Shown piece by piece: positions 1 through 12,787 of a stretch of 64,000 nt of DNA; the stretch's first letter is position 1, and every line of letters starts with the position of its first letter. The notes under the pieces were generated by a model that saw only the letters and a list, made by a program, of their open reading frames with translations, made no database searches and was not told the origin of the DNA. A program made the position numbers and the translations under genes. The DNA comes from Epiperipatus broadwayi (lineage: Eukaryota; Animalia; Onychophora), in the NCBI GenBank assembly GCA_028023455.1, contig JAQFVV010000004.1, positions 3,410,001 to 3,474,000 on the forward strand. The letters run 5' to 3'.

Positions 1-2800
1 CCGTTTTTTTAATCTAACTATGAACAACCAAATACCAATTTAGAATCCAATAAATGAATAGCTAATTGGGTAATCTATGGACCATCAATCTAAAAAAATA
101 TCATTAGCTTGCTTAGAAATTTTCTACTTAAAAAAAAAAAATTCTTAGGTTTACTCAAATGTAACTCTTACTTTGTGTACATACTAGGAAATATGTTAAC
201 TAGATCATCATAAATCGATGACAACTCTCGTCATTTTAGTGATTATATATACTATCAATATATAAACCCTACTTATATTAAATCATTTTTTAGAAAGCTG
301 ATTGTACAATTCAAAAATCTTTCAACAAAAGCTTAGTAAAAATTATTTTAGCTTTTAAAGTTAAAGTGCGTTACAAAACAGCAATAAACATATCTTCTCG
401 TGCATAATTCAAACTAATGATTATTAATATAATTATTAATATTTTTTTATTATATTTACTTTTTTTTGTAATAAAACGCGCAATCACCAAAAAGATTATG
501 CGCAAGATATTATTAAAACATTATGCACTCTAATTTATACGTGCACACACACATCAGGTATGAAGCAATGCGTGAAGAGTGATATATATATATGTATGTG
601 TGTGTGTAACACATTTTTCTCTATATGAAAATATGATTCATATATTAGTTTATAGCAGTGCAAAATTTTTTATCAAAGAATAATAAAATATATAGTATTC
701 ATCTTTATTAATTTTTTTAAAATACTTAGAACATTCGACCATTAATAATAAAATATTCGTGAATCAATATTTTTTTTATTCATTTAATTCTTACTTTCGC
801 CCTATATGGTAATAAAATCTGGTTTTAAGACAATTAATAAGAAAATGTTTTATGTCAGATATTTAATTTTTATAGGCAGTTACTTGCTTGCCTTTTAGTT
901 TTTCATTATTTATTCATAAGGCTGTCTGAACGGAATCTGTATAAAGCAGGTTGGTTAGTCGGTTACTAACTCTGTCTGCTCAGACTGAGCTAGGCAAGAT
1001 TCCCATTTTCAGTTTTAGCAAAGTAATCAGCTAACAGTGTGGCAAATTGAAGTTGCTGTTCTTTGTGGAATATGATTGAGACGTGACCGAGTCACCAATG
1101 ATATCCACTATAGAAAATGATACAATTTTCCTATTTACACTTTTAAACCAAACTGATTGTTCTGAAATTTGTCAGAACCAAGCTGATCCAGTTTTTATTA
1201 TCCAGAAACTAACCATTTAAACTCAAGAAGATAAAAGCAAATAGAAAAGAAAATAAGATGAATAAATAAAAACTTGGAATATTAATTTTCGAGTTTATGC
1301 TAATAAAAATAACTTAAGTAAATTAATATAATTATGTATCTTTCAATAGAGACATTACATAAGTTAACATAAAAAGGAAGAAATAAAAAATGTAGTAATA
1401 AATGAATTATTCACATAGTGAAGAGAATATAATAGTAAAGACATTTTAAACAATATGTTAATAGATTCAGTATAGTTATTAATTAAATATTACATTATTA
1501 TAAAATATATACATTTTTAAGACAAGTGTGAGATACGTGGATCACAATATAAGGCCATTAATAGTGGCTCAAATATTGTAGTCAGTTAAAATTTAGTAAG
1601 AATGTTCAAAAGTTATTTTTAAAATTGAAGATATACTTTTTGTGCACAAAATGCAATTAAATATGTTTTGTAAATATTTGTAATTACAATCTTCTTTACA
1701 TAAGTAAGATATTTATGTTCAATATATTTATGTGCATAACACATTTTTATAATAATTGAAAAATAGAAACATGATATATATAATTCAGATTTGCAAATCA
1801 GCTAGTGCATTGTAAAATATAATAACATTCACTTTCAAAGACTGATTTCAACATTAATTTAGCCATTGCATGCATAGTTTACAACAAGAGTGAAATAAAC
1901 TTTCAATCATTGTTATAAAAGTATATAAGTGTATTTCAAACCCAAACAATGATAACCATTTATTCACAAAGGAAAACAAAAAATGATTTTCATTTTCCAG
2001 CATTAATGACAACTGCATTTTAATTTGAATATTTCTATTACTTTTTTAATAAAAAGAGCTTATATTTTTTATATTAAATTCCAATAAAATTATTAAAACC
2101 AGTTGGTAATTTCTTTATATCTAACATCAAATATTAATGGTATATATTATAATAAATAAATTGAACCTAATCATATAAAATACTATATCATGGAACCTTG
2201 TTATTTTGTTTCAATTGCCTTAGTTTTTCCATAAATTTTTCTTACTTTTTTTTTTTTTTTTTTTTTGAGTTTTGGAACTGGCCTCAAGGAAATGTTATTT
2301 TTCTTTCATTCCATTAGCTGTCATTTCACTGTGTTGATCATTGACAAATCACAATTCCTATACAACATTTCACCATATTAATAGATTTTTTTAAGAAATT
2401 AAGATACTTTTGGATATATGAAGATTTATTTGGATACAACATGATTACAAATCATATTTCATCACAGACAATTATCAGTTTGATACTTTTAAGCTTTTAA
2501 TTAATGCGCGTGATTCTAAAAATTCGTACATATTTTGTACTTTCATTCATTGTCCTGGTTTATTAATTGTATTACTGTTGTAGCTTCATGATTACTTTTT
2601 TACAATACAGTATTTATTATTGTTATTCTTGGACATACTACAATCTAAAATGTAAGTAAAAGTTCAGCATAAATGGTTAAAAGTACTAAAGAAAATAGAA
2701 TTGAATCTTAGAAAAAAATCTCACATCAAATAATTCAGATGACAATCAAAAATTGTTCTCAGAATATTGATTAAAAATGAACATAAATATATATAAAATT

Positions 2801-2976
2801 TATTTTAAATAATAATTGAACTTCCCTCTAGCTGCCATGTGAAATAACTAAATGAACCACCTAATTAATATATTTTAGATCGTTTTATTTAGTCATCCAG
2901 TAAGGTGACCCATTTCTTACTGTAAAAAGTTATTAAACACTACCGCTAGAGGGCAGTTTAATTATTATTTAAAATA
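2801..2976. repeat. 32-bp imperfect inverted repeat containing a CTCF-like motif; third related copy at ~3190-3258
   Basis: tattttaaataataattgaacttccctctagc (2801-2832) is the near reverse complement of gctagagggcagtttaattattatttaaaata (2945-2976). CCGCTAGAGGGCAG lies at 2943-2956. Confidence 0.5.
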
Positions 2977-3724
2977 GAAAATTTCACATGACATTGTATT
3001 TATTCAGTATTAAAATATTATTTACCATTATATATATAACGTGTTTATTTATTATAAAGTTTTACAAATGAATGAAATATTTCTACTCTGATTATCAGCT
3101 TAATATCAGTTATTTAAAAATCAATTTACATTAAAATATATACATTAGTTAAGTTTGCTCCTTGGTTGTTAGTGTTCTGAATAACTTGGTCCTTTTCTTA
3201 CTGGAAAAAGTTACTGAATATGGCAGCTAGAGAACAGTTTCATTGTTATTTAAAATAGACTTCATTTATTCAATATTAAATAGTGTATCATTACATATAT
3301 ATAATTGAAAATCATACAACATTACAATACTATCCAAAAATAAAATCTTATTAAAATTCTCTCAAAACCATGGCTTTAATCTACTAACAAATAGATTTTC
3401 TCAAGTAAAATTCAATTAGACACCATCAACATATGTTGCTGATATCTAGTTCAATTTTGTTTTTTGGCTAGGGTTGTAAATGCTATATGATTTTATTTAT
3501 CATTATTAGTATAGTGATAGGGAGTATTTAATACACTATGCATTTTGTGTTGAAAAAAAAGTAACCTAAACAATTATAAATTTTATGACTGCCTATCTGT
3601 AAATAAACATATGATAACTAGCAATGTAGAAATTGCAGAAACCATGTGAGATTTGTGACAACCATGAATGTAGTGAGGGGGGGATGAAGATAGTAGGATA
3701 CATAAATTTGAAAAAATAATTTAC

Positions 3725-3790
3725 TTTCTTTTTTTCCCCCATGTGTCATAACATCAGCCAAGAAGCGAACCTGCTAATCCGAACACTTTC
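3725..3790 (-). mobile_element. Truncated, degenerate tRNA-Gly-derived SINE (3' half)
   Basis: ttttcccccatgtgtcataacatcagccaagaagcgaacctgc matches the 3' half of the SINE family in reverse orientation. Confidence 0.55.
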
Positions 3791-4024
3791 TTTTAACATA
3801 CAACATGAATGATAATGATTGCAAAAGTTTTCTAGATCATGAAATATTGTATTCTAAATAGAAAATCAAAATTTATATAAAATAAACAGCAAATATTTTT
3901 TCAGTATAGTTTTAAGTATATTAATTGTGTGTGTGTGTTATTTCAGTGTAGTGTAATGAACAATAAATACTAAATTGTTCTTATCAATGAATTTTAATGG
4001 TTTGCTACAACAATTTTTTATATA

Positions 4025-5334
4025 CACCCGGGCCTCAGTTTACGTGGATTTATTTAATGTGATTTTGAAGTTATGAGATTCATATTTCTTCTTAATATTT
4101 TTGTATATGGTTTTCTTTTATGTGATAAAAATTATTAGATCAGAAGTCGAGCTCCGATAAGGTGCTATTACTTTAAATATAAATTTTGTGCACTCACACA
4201 TCATATTTAAAGTAATAGCGCATTATCGGAGTTTGACTTCCATCTAATAATTTCAATATTTTCAGCACTTTATAAGAGTATTGTAGTAGATTTTATGCAA
4301 TAAAGAAATTCATAATTCACATAAAATCAGGATTTCCCCATTTTATATACTGTACACACATTTCAAACATTATAGACACCTATAATATGCATGTTGTTGT
4401 TTATGCATTTTAAATCACATTCTATTTTTGCTTTTTAAAAAAAGAGTACGTATAATCATTTAGGGTCCACAAGTTTATTTTTAAAAGGTGAGTAACAGTG
4501 GTGGGCACAATTAAATTTGACAATTAAAATCTGAGTTTTAATTGTAATTAACAATTTAAAAATTACATAATGTGATCTGAAACAATGAAATTTGATTTTT
4601 AAATGGAATTGAAAATTAAAAAATTAAAGACAACAATAAGAATTTAATTTTTAATTGTTAATTTTAATTAAATTTTGTCCAACAGTGGTGAGTCGGTGTC
4701 TTTTTATTATCGTAAGTCTAAGTTCTTATTTTTATTTTAAACTTTTAGTTTACTCTGATGGAGAGGAAAAAACACCCAAGAAAATTCATTTCTTTGGAAA
4801 CAAAAATTTCAATTTTAGATTGCTTAGCGAAATGGAAAGGATCAACAGTGATTGGAAAACATTTAGTTTGGGCAAGTCCATGTTGAGAGCAATTAAAAAA
4901 TTGAAGTTGGCACTAGTTGTATTTCCTCTTGTGACAAATCTTATGTCTTACTAGTTTACAAACAAACTTACGTATTGTCAAATAGGGATAATGATTAAAA
5001 TACTATACATGTATGACAAAATGAAAAATACTGTAAATTATGCATAAAAATATATTGTTTTGAATAAAATTAAATACTGTAGTTAATAAAAAAAAGTTTG
5101 TCTTGTATCAATTTTTTTCAAATATAAATTTTTTTATTACTCATATTTTATTTCCTTATTTTTTTTATGTGAATTTTAAAGTAATTTTACATTGTTGCTT
5201 TGCTTTTATATGATTTTTTAAAATTACAGTATCTATCCCCCATTTTTCAAGGTAAGTTAAGTCTATTTTTATGTGATTTCTTTTGTGCACATTTTCTGAA
5301 GAACCTATCTACCGCATAAAACAAGACCCAGATA
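4025..5334. mobile_element. Non-autonomous Tc1/mariner (pogo-like) MITE, copy 1
   Basis: TA on both flanks (4023-24, 5335-36). Imperfect ~22-bp TIR, consensus about CACCYGGGCCTCGTTTTAYGCG. Collinear along its length with 52707-53714. No transposase. Confidence 0.7.
4496..4687. mobile_element. Candidate small hAT-type MITE nested in the TA-MITE
   Basis: Starts cagtggtgggcac and ends ttgtccaacagtg (degenerate TIR). Flanked by gtgagtaa / gtgagtcg (8 bp, 2 mismatches). Segment is absent from copy 2 at 52.7-53.7 kb. Confidence 0.45.
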
Positions 5335-5538
5335 TATATCAGTTTTATTCTACATTTTCTTAAAAATTGATAAGTCAAGGTTTCATTATATTTGTTACTG
5401 AAATGCTGGAAATGTTGCAAGATAACTGTAACTTAACATTTATTTGTATAATTAATAATTAATATTCTTAGAATAATATATATATATACAAATAAAATGT
5501 CAATTAAAAAACTAATTATAATAACACTAAAACTAATA

Positions 5539-5694
5539 AATATAATGGCATTAACTATTATATACAGTCTTTCAATTTACAGAAGTACTTATGGTTAATT
5601 CCTTAACCCTCCTAAACTGCCATTAAATTTAACAGCAGTTGAGGAGGGTTAAGGAATTAACCAAAAGTACTTCTGTGTATTCAAAGACTGTATA
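5539..5694. mobile_element. Head-to-head PLE 3'-end pair, family A
   Basis: 60-bp arms at 5561-5620 and 5635-5694 with a 14-nt spacer. Same sequence as the arms at 21219-21932, which adjoin a GIY-YIG fragment. Confidence 0.75.
5635..5676 (+). ncRNA. Minimal type I hammerhead-like motif (U3 variant, G12 lost)
   Basis: gcag-TTGAGGA-G-GGTTAA/ggaa/TTAACC-AAAA-GTAC-TT-ctgt. Stem I and stem II pair; stem III region AAGTACTT is palindromic. Confidence 0.55.
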
Positions 5695-6386
5695 GAGAGA
5701 GAAAATGGAAAATAATGTTGAAATTACTATTAATAATTATTGCAATAATTTGATCAAGCATTTTTGTTTAAAAAGTAAACTAATAGCTCACAGTATAATT
5801 ATAAAATATTAAATATAATAAAATAAATTTAAAAAATAAATAAATAGCAATGACAATATTAAGTAGTGAAAATTTTAAAACTTTGAAAAGCCATAAATAA
5901 CAGAAGCTATAATGAAAATTAATTTATTTTATATGTAATATTATAGAAATATTTTTTCAGATTTTTTTATTAGATTCCATTCCAACAAAACAAATATCTA
6001 TACTTTTTTTTTTTCATAAAATAACTAATTATCATAAAAAACACTTATTTTAAAAGTAAAATGTACCTTTAAAAATATTTACTTTTTGAGAAATCTACAA
6101 TCAGGCTTCAAAGGTGAAGCAAATAAAATAATCAAATCTAGAATTTTGCTTGATAAATGATATATAAAGTATTTTTATATTGCTATCAGGAAGTAAGCGG
6201 TTCACTCCAATCCATTATTTACATAAAGCATTACTAATTTTAAAGAGAGGGGGAAATTTATATTAAGCAATAATTATAATGATTAAAAAATATATTTTTT
6301 CATTAAAAAATATGAAAATTAATTTTTGCATTATGTTTGTTACTTTTTTTTAAATTTGCAATGAATAATTCACATTTTTTTAATGT

Positions 6387-6688
6387 CATTAGATGGGAAG
6401 TTGAACTCCAATAATGCGCTATTACTTTAAATATTATAAATCTCTGCGCACTCACACAATAGGTTAAATAGATTTATACAATTCAAAATTTGATTATAAC
6501 AACAGGAACACAATAGACTCAAACCCTGATTTAGCATGGTCAGTGAAAGTTGGTGTATTTATAGAAATGAACTTTAAAATTAAATGATTCACTTAAGTTT
6601 TTTAAACTCTTACTGATGTGTGAGTGCATGGAGATTTGTAATATTTAAAGTAATAGCGCATTATTAGAGTTCGACTTCCAATCTAATG
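6387..6688. repeat. ~70-bp-arm inverted repeat; same module as the internal hairpin of the TA-MITEs
   Basis: Arms at 6387-6457 and 6617-6688 (gaagttgaactccaataatgcgctattactttaaatat...) match 4129-4253 and ~52774-52880. Confidence 0.7.
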
Positions 6689-6989
6689 ATTTCAAGGTTT
6701 TCAGTGCTTTACAATAATAGATTTTATTTTTTTAATGTTTAAATATCTATACTAAAAATACAAACATGCTTTAAAATATTTACTGTACAAATTTTAAAAG
6801 GAAAGCAATATTCACAGTGATATTTCTAACCTTCAGAAATACTTTGATGAATATATATTAGAAATTGCAAATCTTTTAAAAAATTAACAAGTTTTAAAGG
6901 TGGATCAATTTGAATGAAATCAATAGGAAGATAAATGATGTACTATTAACATCTGCAATAAAGATAGGTGACATAAAAATGCAGCAATT

Positions 6990-7430
6990 TACCAGTAAAC
7001 TGTCTACTGAAATGACAATGTATGAAGAAAAGAAGGAATATGCAAATATGTAAAAATGATACATTAAAAAAAAATGAATATCAATAATTTTGCAAAATGG
7101 TACAAAAAAGAATTAATAATGCTATAAGAAAATATAATTGTGAAATAACAAAGAAAGCTGCAGAAGATAATGAAGTCTCTAAATTGCAAAACAACATCTT
7201 GATATAATAATAAAATAACAAGAAAACAATGTATCTCTTATAATTACTATATTTTCTAAATTGACCAATATTTTAAATAAAAAAGTGAGACACAAATATA
7301 TAAAGTAAAGAAAAGCTCCAGAAAATAATGGCATTATAATCAATAATACCTTTGAAGAAATGTGAAGAATTAGAAAATTTATTGTCAAAGTTAGATACCA
7401 AATATCTGAATGAAGATTGTAGCAGTAATA
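6990..7430 (+). pseudogene. Highly decayed RTE-like LINE ORF remnant (EN-RT linker)
   Basis: 7073-7185 translates NEYQ*FCKMVQKRINNAIRKYNCEITKKAAEDNEVSK, resembling the RTE linker from memory. Contains stops. Confidence 0.4.
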
Positions 7431-7546
7431 TTAATATTTAAGTAAGGCAATAAGATGATTATTAGAAATTATAGTCTAATCAATGTTTTATCAATTTTAT
7501 ATAAAATTATTATCAAGATAATTATAATTCAACTATAGCAAACTTT

Positions 7547-7637
7547 TGTCAAGCGTTGGTGGCTGAGAAGTTAGCACAGCTGTCTTACAAGCAGTTGTCC
7601 CAGGATTCGCTTCCCCACCGACGCTTTGACACATAAA
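7547..7637 (+). mobile_element. tRNA-Gly(TCC)-derived SINE
   Basis: Body gcgttggtggctgagaagttagcacagctgtcttacaagcagttgtcccaggattcgcttcccc aligns to tRNA-Gly-TCC. Perfect 16-bp TSD aactatagcaaacttt (7531-46, 7638-53). Confidence 0.9.
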
Positions 7638-10505
7638 AACTATAGCAAACTTTGGGTTTTAAGCAACTGAAAGAACAAGCTAGATTTAAAAGTGTCTTTT
7701 GCACAATGGATCACTTCCAATATTTAGAGAAGTCGTACAGTAGATCAATGGATATGTATGTAAAGAACAATTAGAATAAATTATTTTATTTTTAATATGA
7801 ATAATCAATAAGCGAACTAAAACAGATATTTATTGCTTATTGAAGATAATATAAATATTTTCTTTGCAGTGAATATGTCTATTGACTTTGCATTATATTA
7901 TGGTTGAAACAACAAGAATATTATAGAAAAACGTATTTCAAACTATTGAATATATTAATGAACATATTATTATTTTACTCATTTTATATATATATATTTG
8001 TTTTGTAAATAAAATTATAGTTGAATTTATTAAATTTGTGTTAATAGTTTCATTAAATTTATTAATAATAATTCAAAGTTTCTATGCAATTATAAACATT
8101 TGAAGTTAGCAAAATAATATAAATTCTATGCTTTATTAAACTTCAGTGAGACCAAGGTTTTCATATACATCAATTGATCATTTGGTTATAAAGAAATCAT
8201 CATATATATTTACATTTCAATATTCATATTTAATAAATACTGTTTATATTTTATCATATTAGGATTCAACAAAATGAGTTATTGGAATTATTCAAATATA
8301 AAGAATTAGTTGATCAATTATTAATGCAAGCTTCATATAGAATTGTTAAGTTTAAATAATTTTATTTCATCATTTCACACTGTTATAAATTTTAGTGCAT
8401 AACATAAAAGGATTATTTTGTAAATTAATCCTGGTATAAACTACTATTTAATATATTATATTATAAATTTAAAAAAAAACTCTTGTTTATTACAATTTTG
8501 GCTTTTAGTCAGGTTGGTATTTGTTTAATAAATAAATATTATTAATAAATTTTTAACTTTACTCCAATATAGATTTTGTCTTACTTTAATCCTAGGACTT
8601 ATAAAAATTATTTTGCAAATTTATTACATTACAGATTTTGTCTTGATTAATTTGTGTAGCTCTATTAATTCAATTGGCAGATTATTTTGGTGTACCCAAA
8701 TACCTAGGGCATATAAAAGAAAACATCCCCATTTATACCATTACAATATGCATGTTCTGTTAACAGTTTGTAAAGATGTTTGTTTTTGTTTTTTAATACA
8801 TGTTATTTTATAAAACTTGTTAATTACAAAATAAATAATTATAATAATGGAAGATGTAGAATTCATTTTAATTGTAATGTATCCATGCATAAATTGTCCC
8901 AATGCTAATTAATTAGAGTAAATAATTATTAACAGCTTTATATTAATAATTTAATTATATTCATTGGGTTCATTTGTCCATAGTCGATTCTGAATTTGAT
9001 TGCTGAGAATTTGATTTTGTATAGATGAGTTTATAGTAAATATAAGCAGTTGTTTGTTCAATGTTGGATAGTTTTAATATATCTATATCCATATGGAAAA
9101 ATTCATTCCTATTTTGTTTTGATAAATTAAGAAAGGATTCAAAACAAGCCATCCCTGTAGAAATTGTAATTTTATTAAATCAGGATTTGGACCTAAAAAT
9201 GGCCATTTCTTATAGTTACTGCTGCAGAAATGTGTAGCAATTATGTTTATCCCATATCAAATAAATGTCTTACATTTATAGGTTTATTCATATGTAGAGT
9301 TATATTTCAAGTTTATTAAAAACTGGAGTTTGCTGTATGCAAATGTACTTGATTATATAACCATATTAATATTATAGTGTAAGTAAAGATTAAGACTAAA
9401 TTTAGCAAAGAAACTTTGGATATTTTATAAGTAATTACTGTTTTCCTGTATGCATATGAAATAAAACAATAATATATAAGAGATTGGAGAAAAGGCTTTG
9501 TTAAAAGAAAAGCAAGTTATATGTCGACTGACAATTATATTTTGTAATCAAATAATTGTTGTAATGTGTTAGCTTCTTTAAATGTAATACTGTATGTTCT
9601 GCGTTCATTCATCATGAAATATTGCAAATAGCAGCTGTGCAGTGACCACCATTATTCTATTAAATAAAAGATTGTTAAAAATATATGTGCCAATCCATTT
9701 CCTGATGTCTAAACTTAGGTTTCACCTACATAAATTATTTAAAAAAATAAATTTTATTGAAATACGCTAAATCTGACCATTACAATATATATACTAAAAC
9801 AGATTAATATCTTAACACTGGTTTATTAAGTAAATGAAATATTCTCAATCCAAAGTACACGATAAAACTTTTTAAGAGAAAAGAATGGACCATCTTATCT
9901 CTTTTACCTAAATTCATTTATATAGGCAAATCTGAAGCACTTTGATAAAAAAGAATGAAGATCTTAAATTGGTAATATTACTTCTTTAAAGCTATATTTC
10001 AAATTACCTTATATTATTGTAATTGACCTTTGTAAAATTTTTCAATTTGCAACTTGTCAGTATCAAATCAAATAACAAAATATGTAAATATAAACATTTC
10101 CCAGCAGTTATATTATACACTTGTTTTTTAAGTAAATAAAATACTTTCTCTTGAAAAGTTTTATCTTATACTTTGGATTGAGAGTATTTCATGAATCCTC
10201 TTTTACTTCAAACTCAAGTTGTTATACAGATTTAAACTGAGAACATTATGTTTTAAGTTGAAAACTATATTTCAAAATGTCAAGGAAAAAAAAGAAGACA
10301 GTTTTCTTTCATATTCTCACATTTATAAAATATAGCATACTGGGTTTAAATCCATTTAGCAACTTGTGTTTGAAGTAATAAAGGATCTATTTTACTTAAC
10401 TAAAAATCCAGTACAAAAGTGCTATTGTATAGATAATGAAGAAGACTTGTTTAGCCTGTTTTTTTGGCAATGTCAAAAGATAAAAATTATCTTTGTTTAT
10501 ATGGA

Positions 10506-10609
10506 TAAAATCTCTTTATATATAATAAAAATACTAGAATTAATTTATATATATGTATAAAATCTCTTTATATATAATAAAAATACTAGAATTAATTTAT
10601 ATATATGTA
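10506..10609. repeat. Exact 52-bp tandem duplication
   Basis: taaaatctctttatatataataaaaatactagaattaatttatatatatgta occurs twice. Confidence 0.9.
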
Positions 10610-10618
10610 TAATTAATT

Positions 10619-10960
10619 ATAGGGGATTTGATCACAGACTTTCAAGCTCTCTTCTACTATTCACTCTATCTCATAAAAATGACACACATGACCACATACA
10701 TGTGAAAAAGATAAATAATCTCCAATATATATATATATTTCATGCTGAACAAGCATTCATCATTTGGTCCAGAACATTATCTCCTATATATATAATCAGT
10801 GTTCATTTTATATTAAGATAGCAGATCTTCAACCTTTAATGATCAGGCTTCGCTCTATTCCACCCTTCAACATATCAACCATCCATATTATTGAAAATGC
10901 ATCAAAAGATTTTATCCAAGGCATCTGAACTGATAATAAACTATGACCAAATAATAATAT
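10619..10960 (-). mobile_element. Solo PLE-like 3' fragment, family E, with degenerate hammerhead
   Basis: Collinear with 29948-30230. The reverse complement contains ggaccaaatgatgaatgcttgttcagcatgaaatatat. Confidence 0.65.
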
Positions 10961-12787
10961 CATTTATTTACACTTCAATTTTGGCATCTGTGTTCAAAAA
11001 AGACAGATATACTGAAAGATATTTGACAAGTCTTTATCAAACCTTATTTATATATATATGATTGTTGCATTTTACTCTTGTTCACTCTTTGTTTGCATTA
11101 CTGAAATTTGAAAAGACTGTTTCTGAGATTATTGCTTCACCAAGAATGCATTAATTACAAAACCACAGTTTAGAATAACAAAACATTAAAACATCGACCT
11201 TTGTTGGATAATTTACTTCTATTGAAGCTATTCTTGCTTATATTTTTATTATTATTATGTTTATTAAATTCTACTTACCTTTTAAGAACTTTATAAATCT
11301 CTTAATGTCCTATAAGAATACACTGTTTCCGATTTTTAAAATCTATTATATCTTGCTTAAAACAGATGCTACATAAGAATCAAAAAATTGGTTGTGAAAA
11401 TATTTTTTAGTTTTCCAGTTTAAATTTTTTTCTGATAAATGAGTAATTAATGGATTAATTTTTTTATTAATTTACATTTCTGAATAAATATCAAAATTTA
11501 TTTATATGTAAAAACAACCTAAAATTCATTATAGTATTAAAAAAGAAACTAAGCCATTGTTTACTTGGTTGAATAAAAGAAATAGATGTAATCTTTTACA
11601 TTAGTCTTTATAAACTTTGTAGAGAAAGAAGATAATAGATAACAGATTGTGCATAACTGAATAATTGGGTCAAATTACTTAGGAAATTTAGCCTTCAAAC
11701 CTGATTATTTATACTTTGTGAGAATTATAGAACTTCAGCAAATGACATTAAGTGATAGAATGCTCGAGACTAAATGCTATTTCAGTAGATATATTAATTG
11801 ATTTACTAATGAGTTCAAACCTTGATCATAATTATGACTAATTAATTCACACTATTTTTTTTATTTGCTTAAATTTTTTCCCCATTTTAACAAGTTTTTT
11901 AATATGCATTCAAATATTTCACTTTTCAATATTAAATAAATAAATAAATGGTCAAATTGTTTTGTTTTATATATTTGAAAAAAAAAAAAACCCACTTAAA
12001 TTTAAAATATTTGCTATATGATTAAAAAGATCTAAATCTTATGTGTTTGTTTGTGTGTGTATAGATCTGTACATACTAACTATTTTAACCATTATAAAAC
12101 ACCTAATATGATGGCGTAGATTTAATGTAAATAAAAAAACTATCTTCTAGTCCTAAGTCCTCATTGTTAAAGGCAAAACCCAGAATAGTGGACTGAAAAT
12201 TAATAAATTGCATCACCATCTTGGTAAACACTGATTTCTCAAGCTTATAACATTGTTCTGGAGTAGGACATCAAAATTACTTGTGTTTTGTGTAGTAATA
12301 TGAAAGTACAAGTGATGATTTAGTGGCATTAACTTTTATTTTTCTAAACACTTTTTATTATTGCTGTATTTTTATATTGGACTATTTCCATCATCTAATA
12401 TGTGTGTTGAATGTCTTTAGAAAAGTTTAATTTTTAGTTAAATATTCCAAATGCATTCAACTGTTAGTAATATCACAGCAAACAGGTTAGTATATGCACC
12501 AACTGTTAGTAATATCACAGCAAACAAATGTTAATAATATCACAGCAAACAGGTTAGTATATGCACTAACTGTTAGTAATATCACAGCAAACAGGTTAGT
12601 ATACGCACAACGTTTCGAGAGGTATTTTTCTCCCCTCTTCTTCAGGTGTTGCTGGCCTGACCAGTGACAGTACTAGCATGGGATTCGAACCTGGGTCCTT
12701 AGATTCTTGATTATTGAAATTTAAGGTAACGCTCTAAGGACCCAGGTTCGAATCCCATGCTAGTACTGTCACTGGTCAGGCCAGCAA

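Noticed and set aside
11279-11431. Possible - strand exon before a gtaagt donor
   Set aside because: Stops occur in all frames from the plausible acceptors, apart from an uninformative 31-nt option.
12160-12210. Degenerate family B hammerhead
   Set aside because: Similarity is too low to separate from chance.
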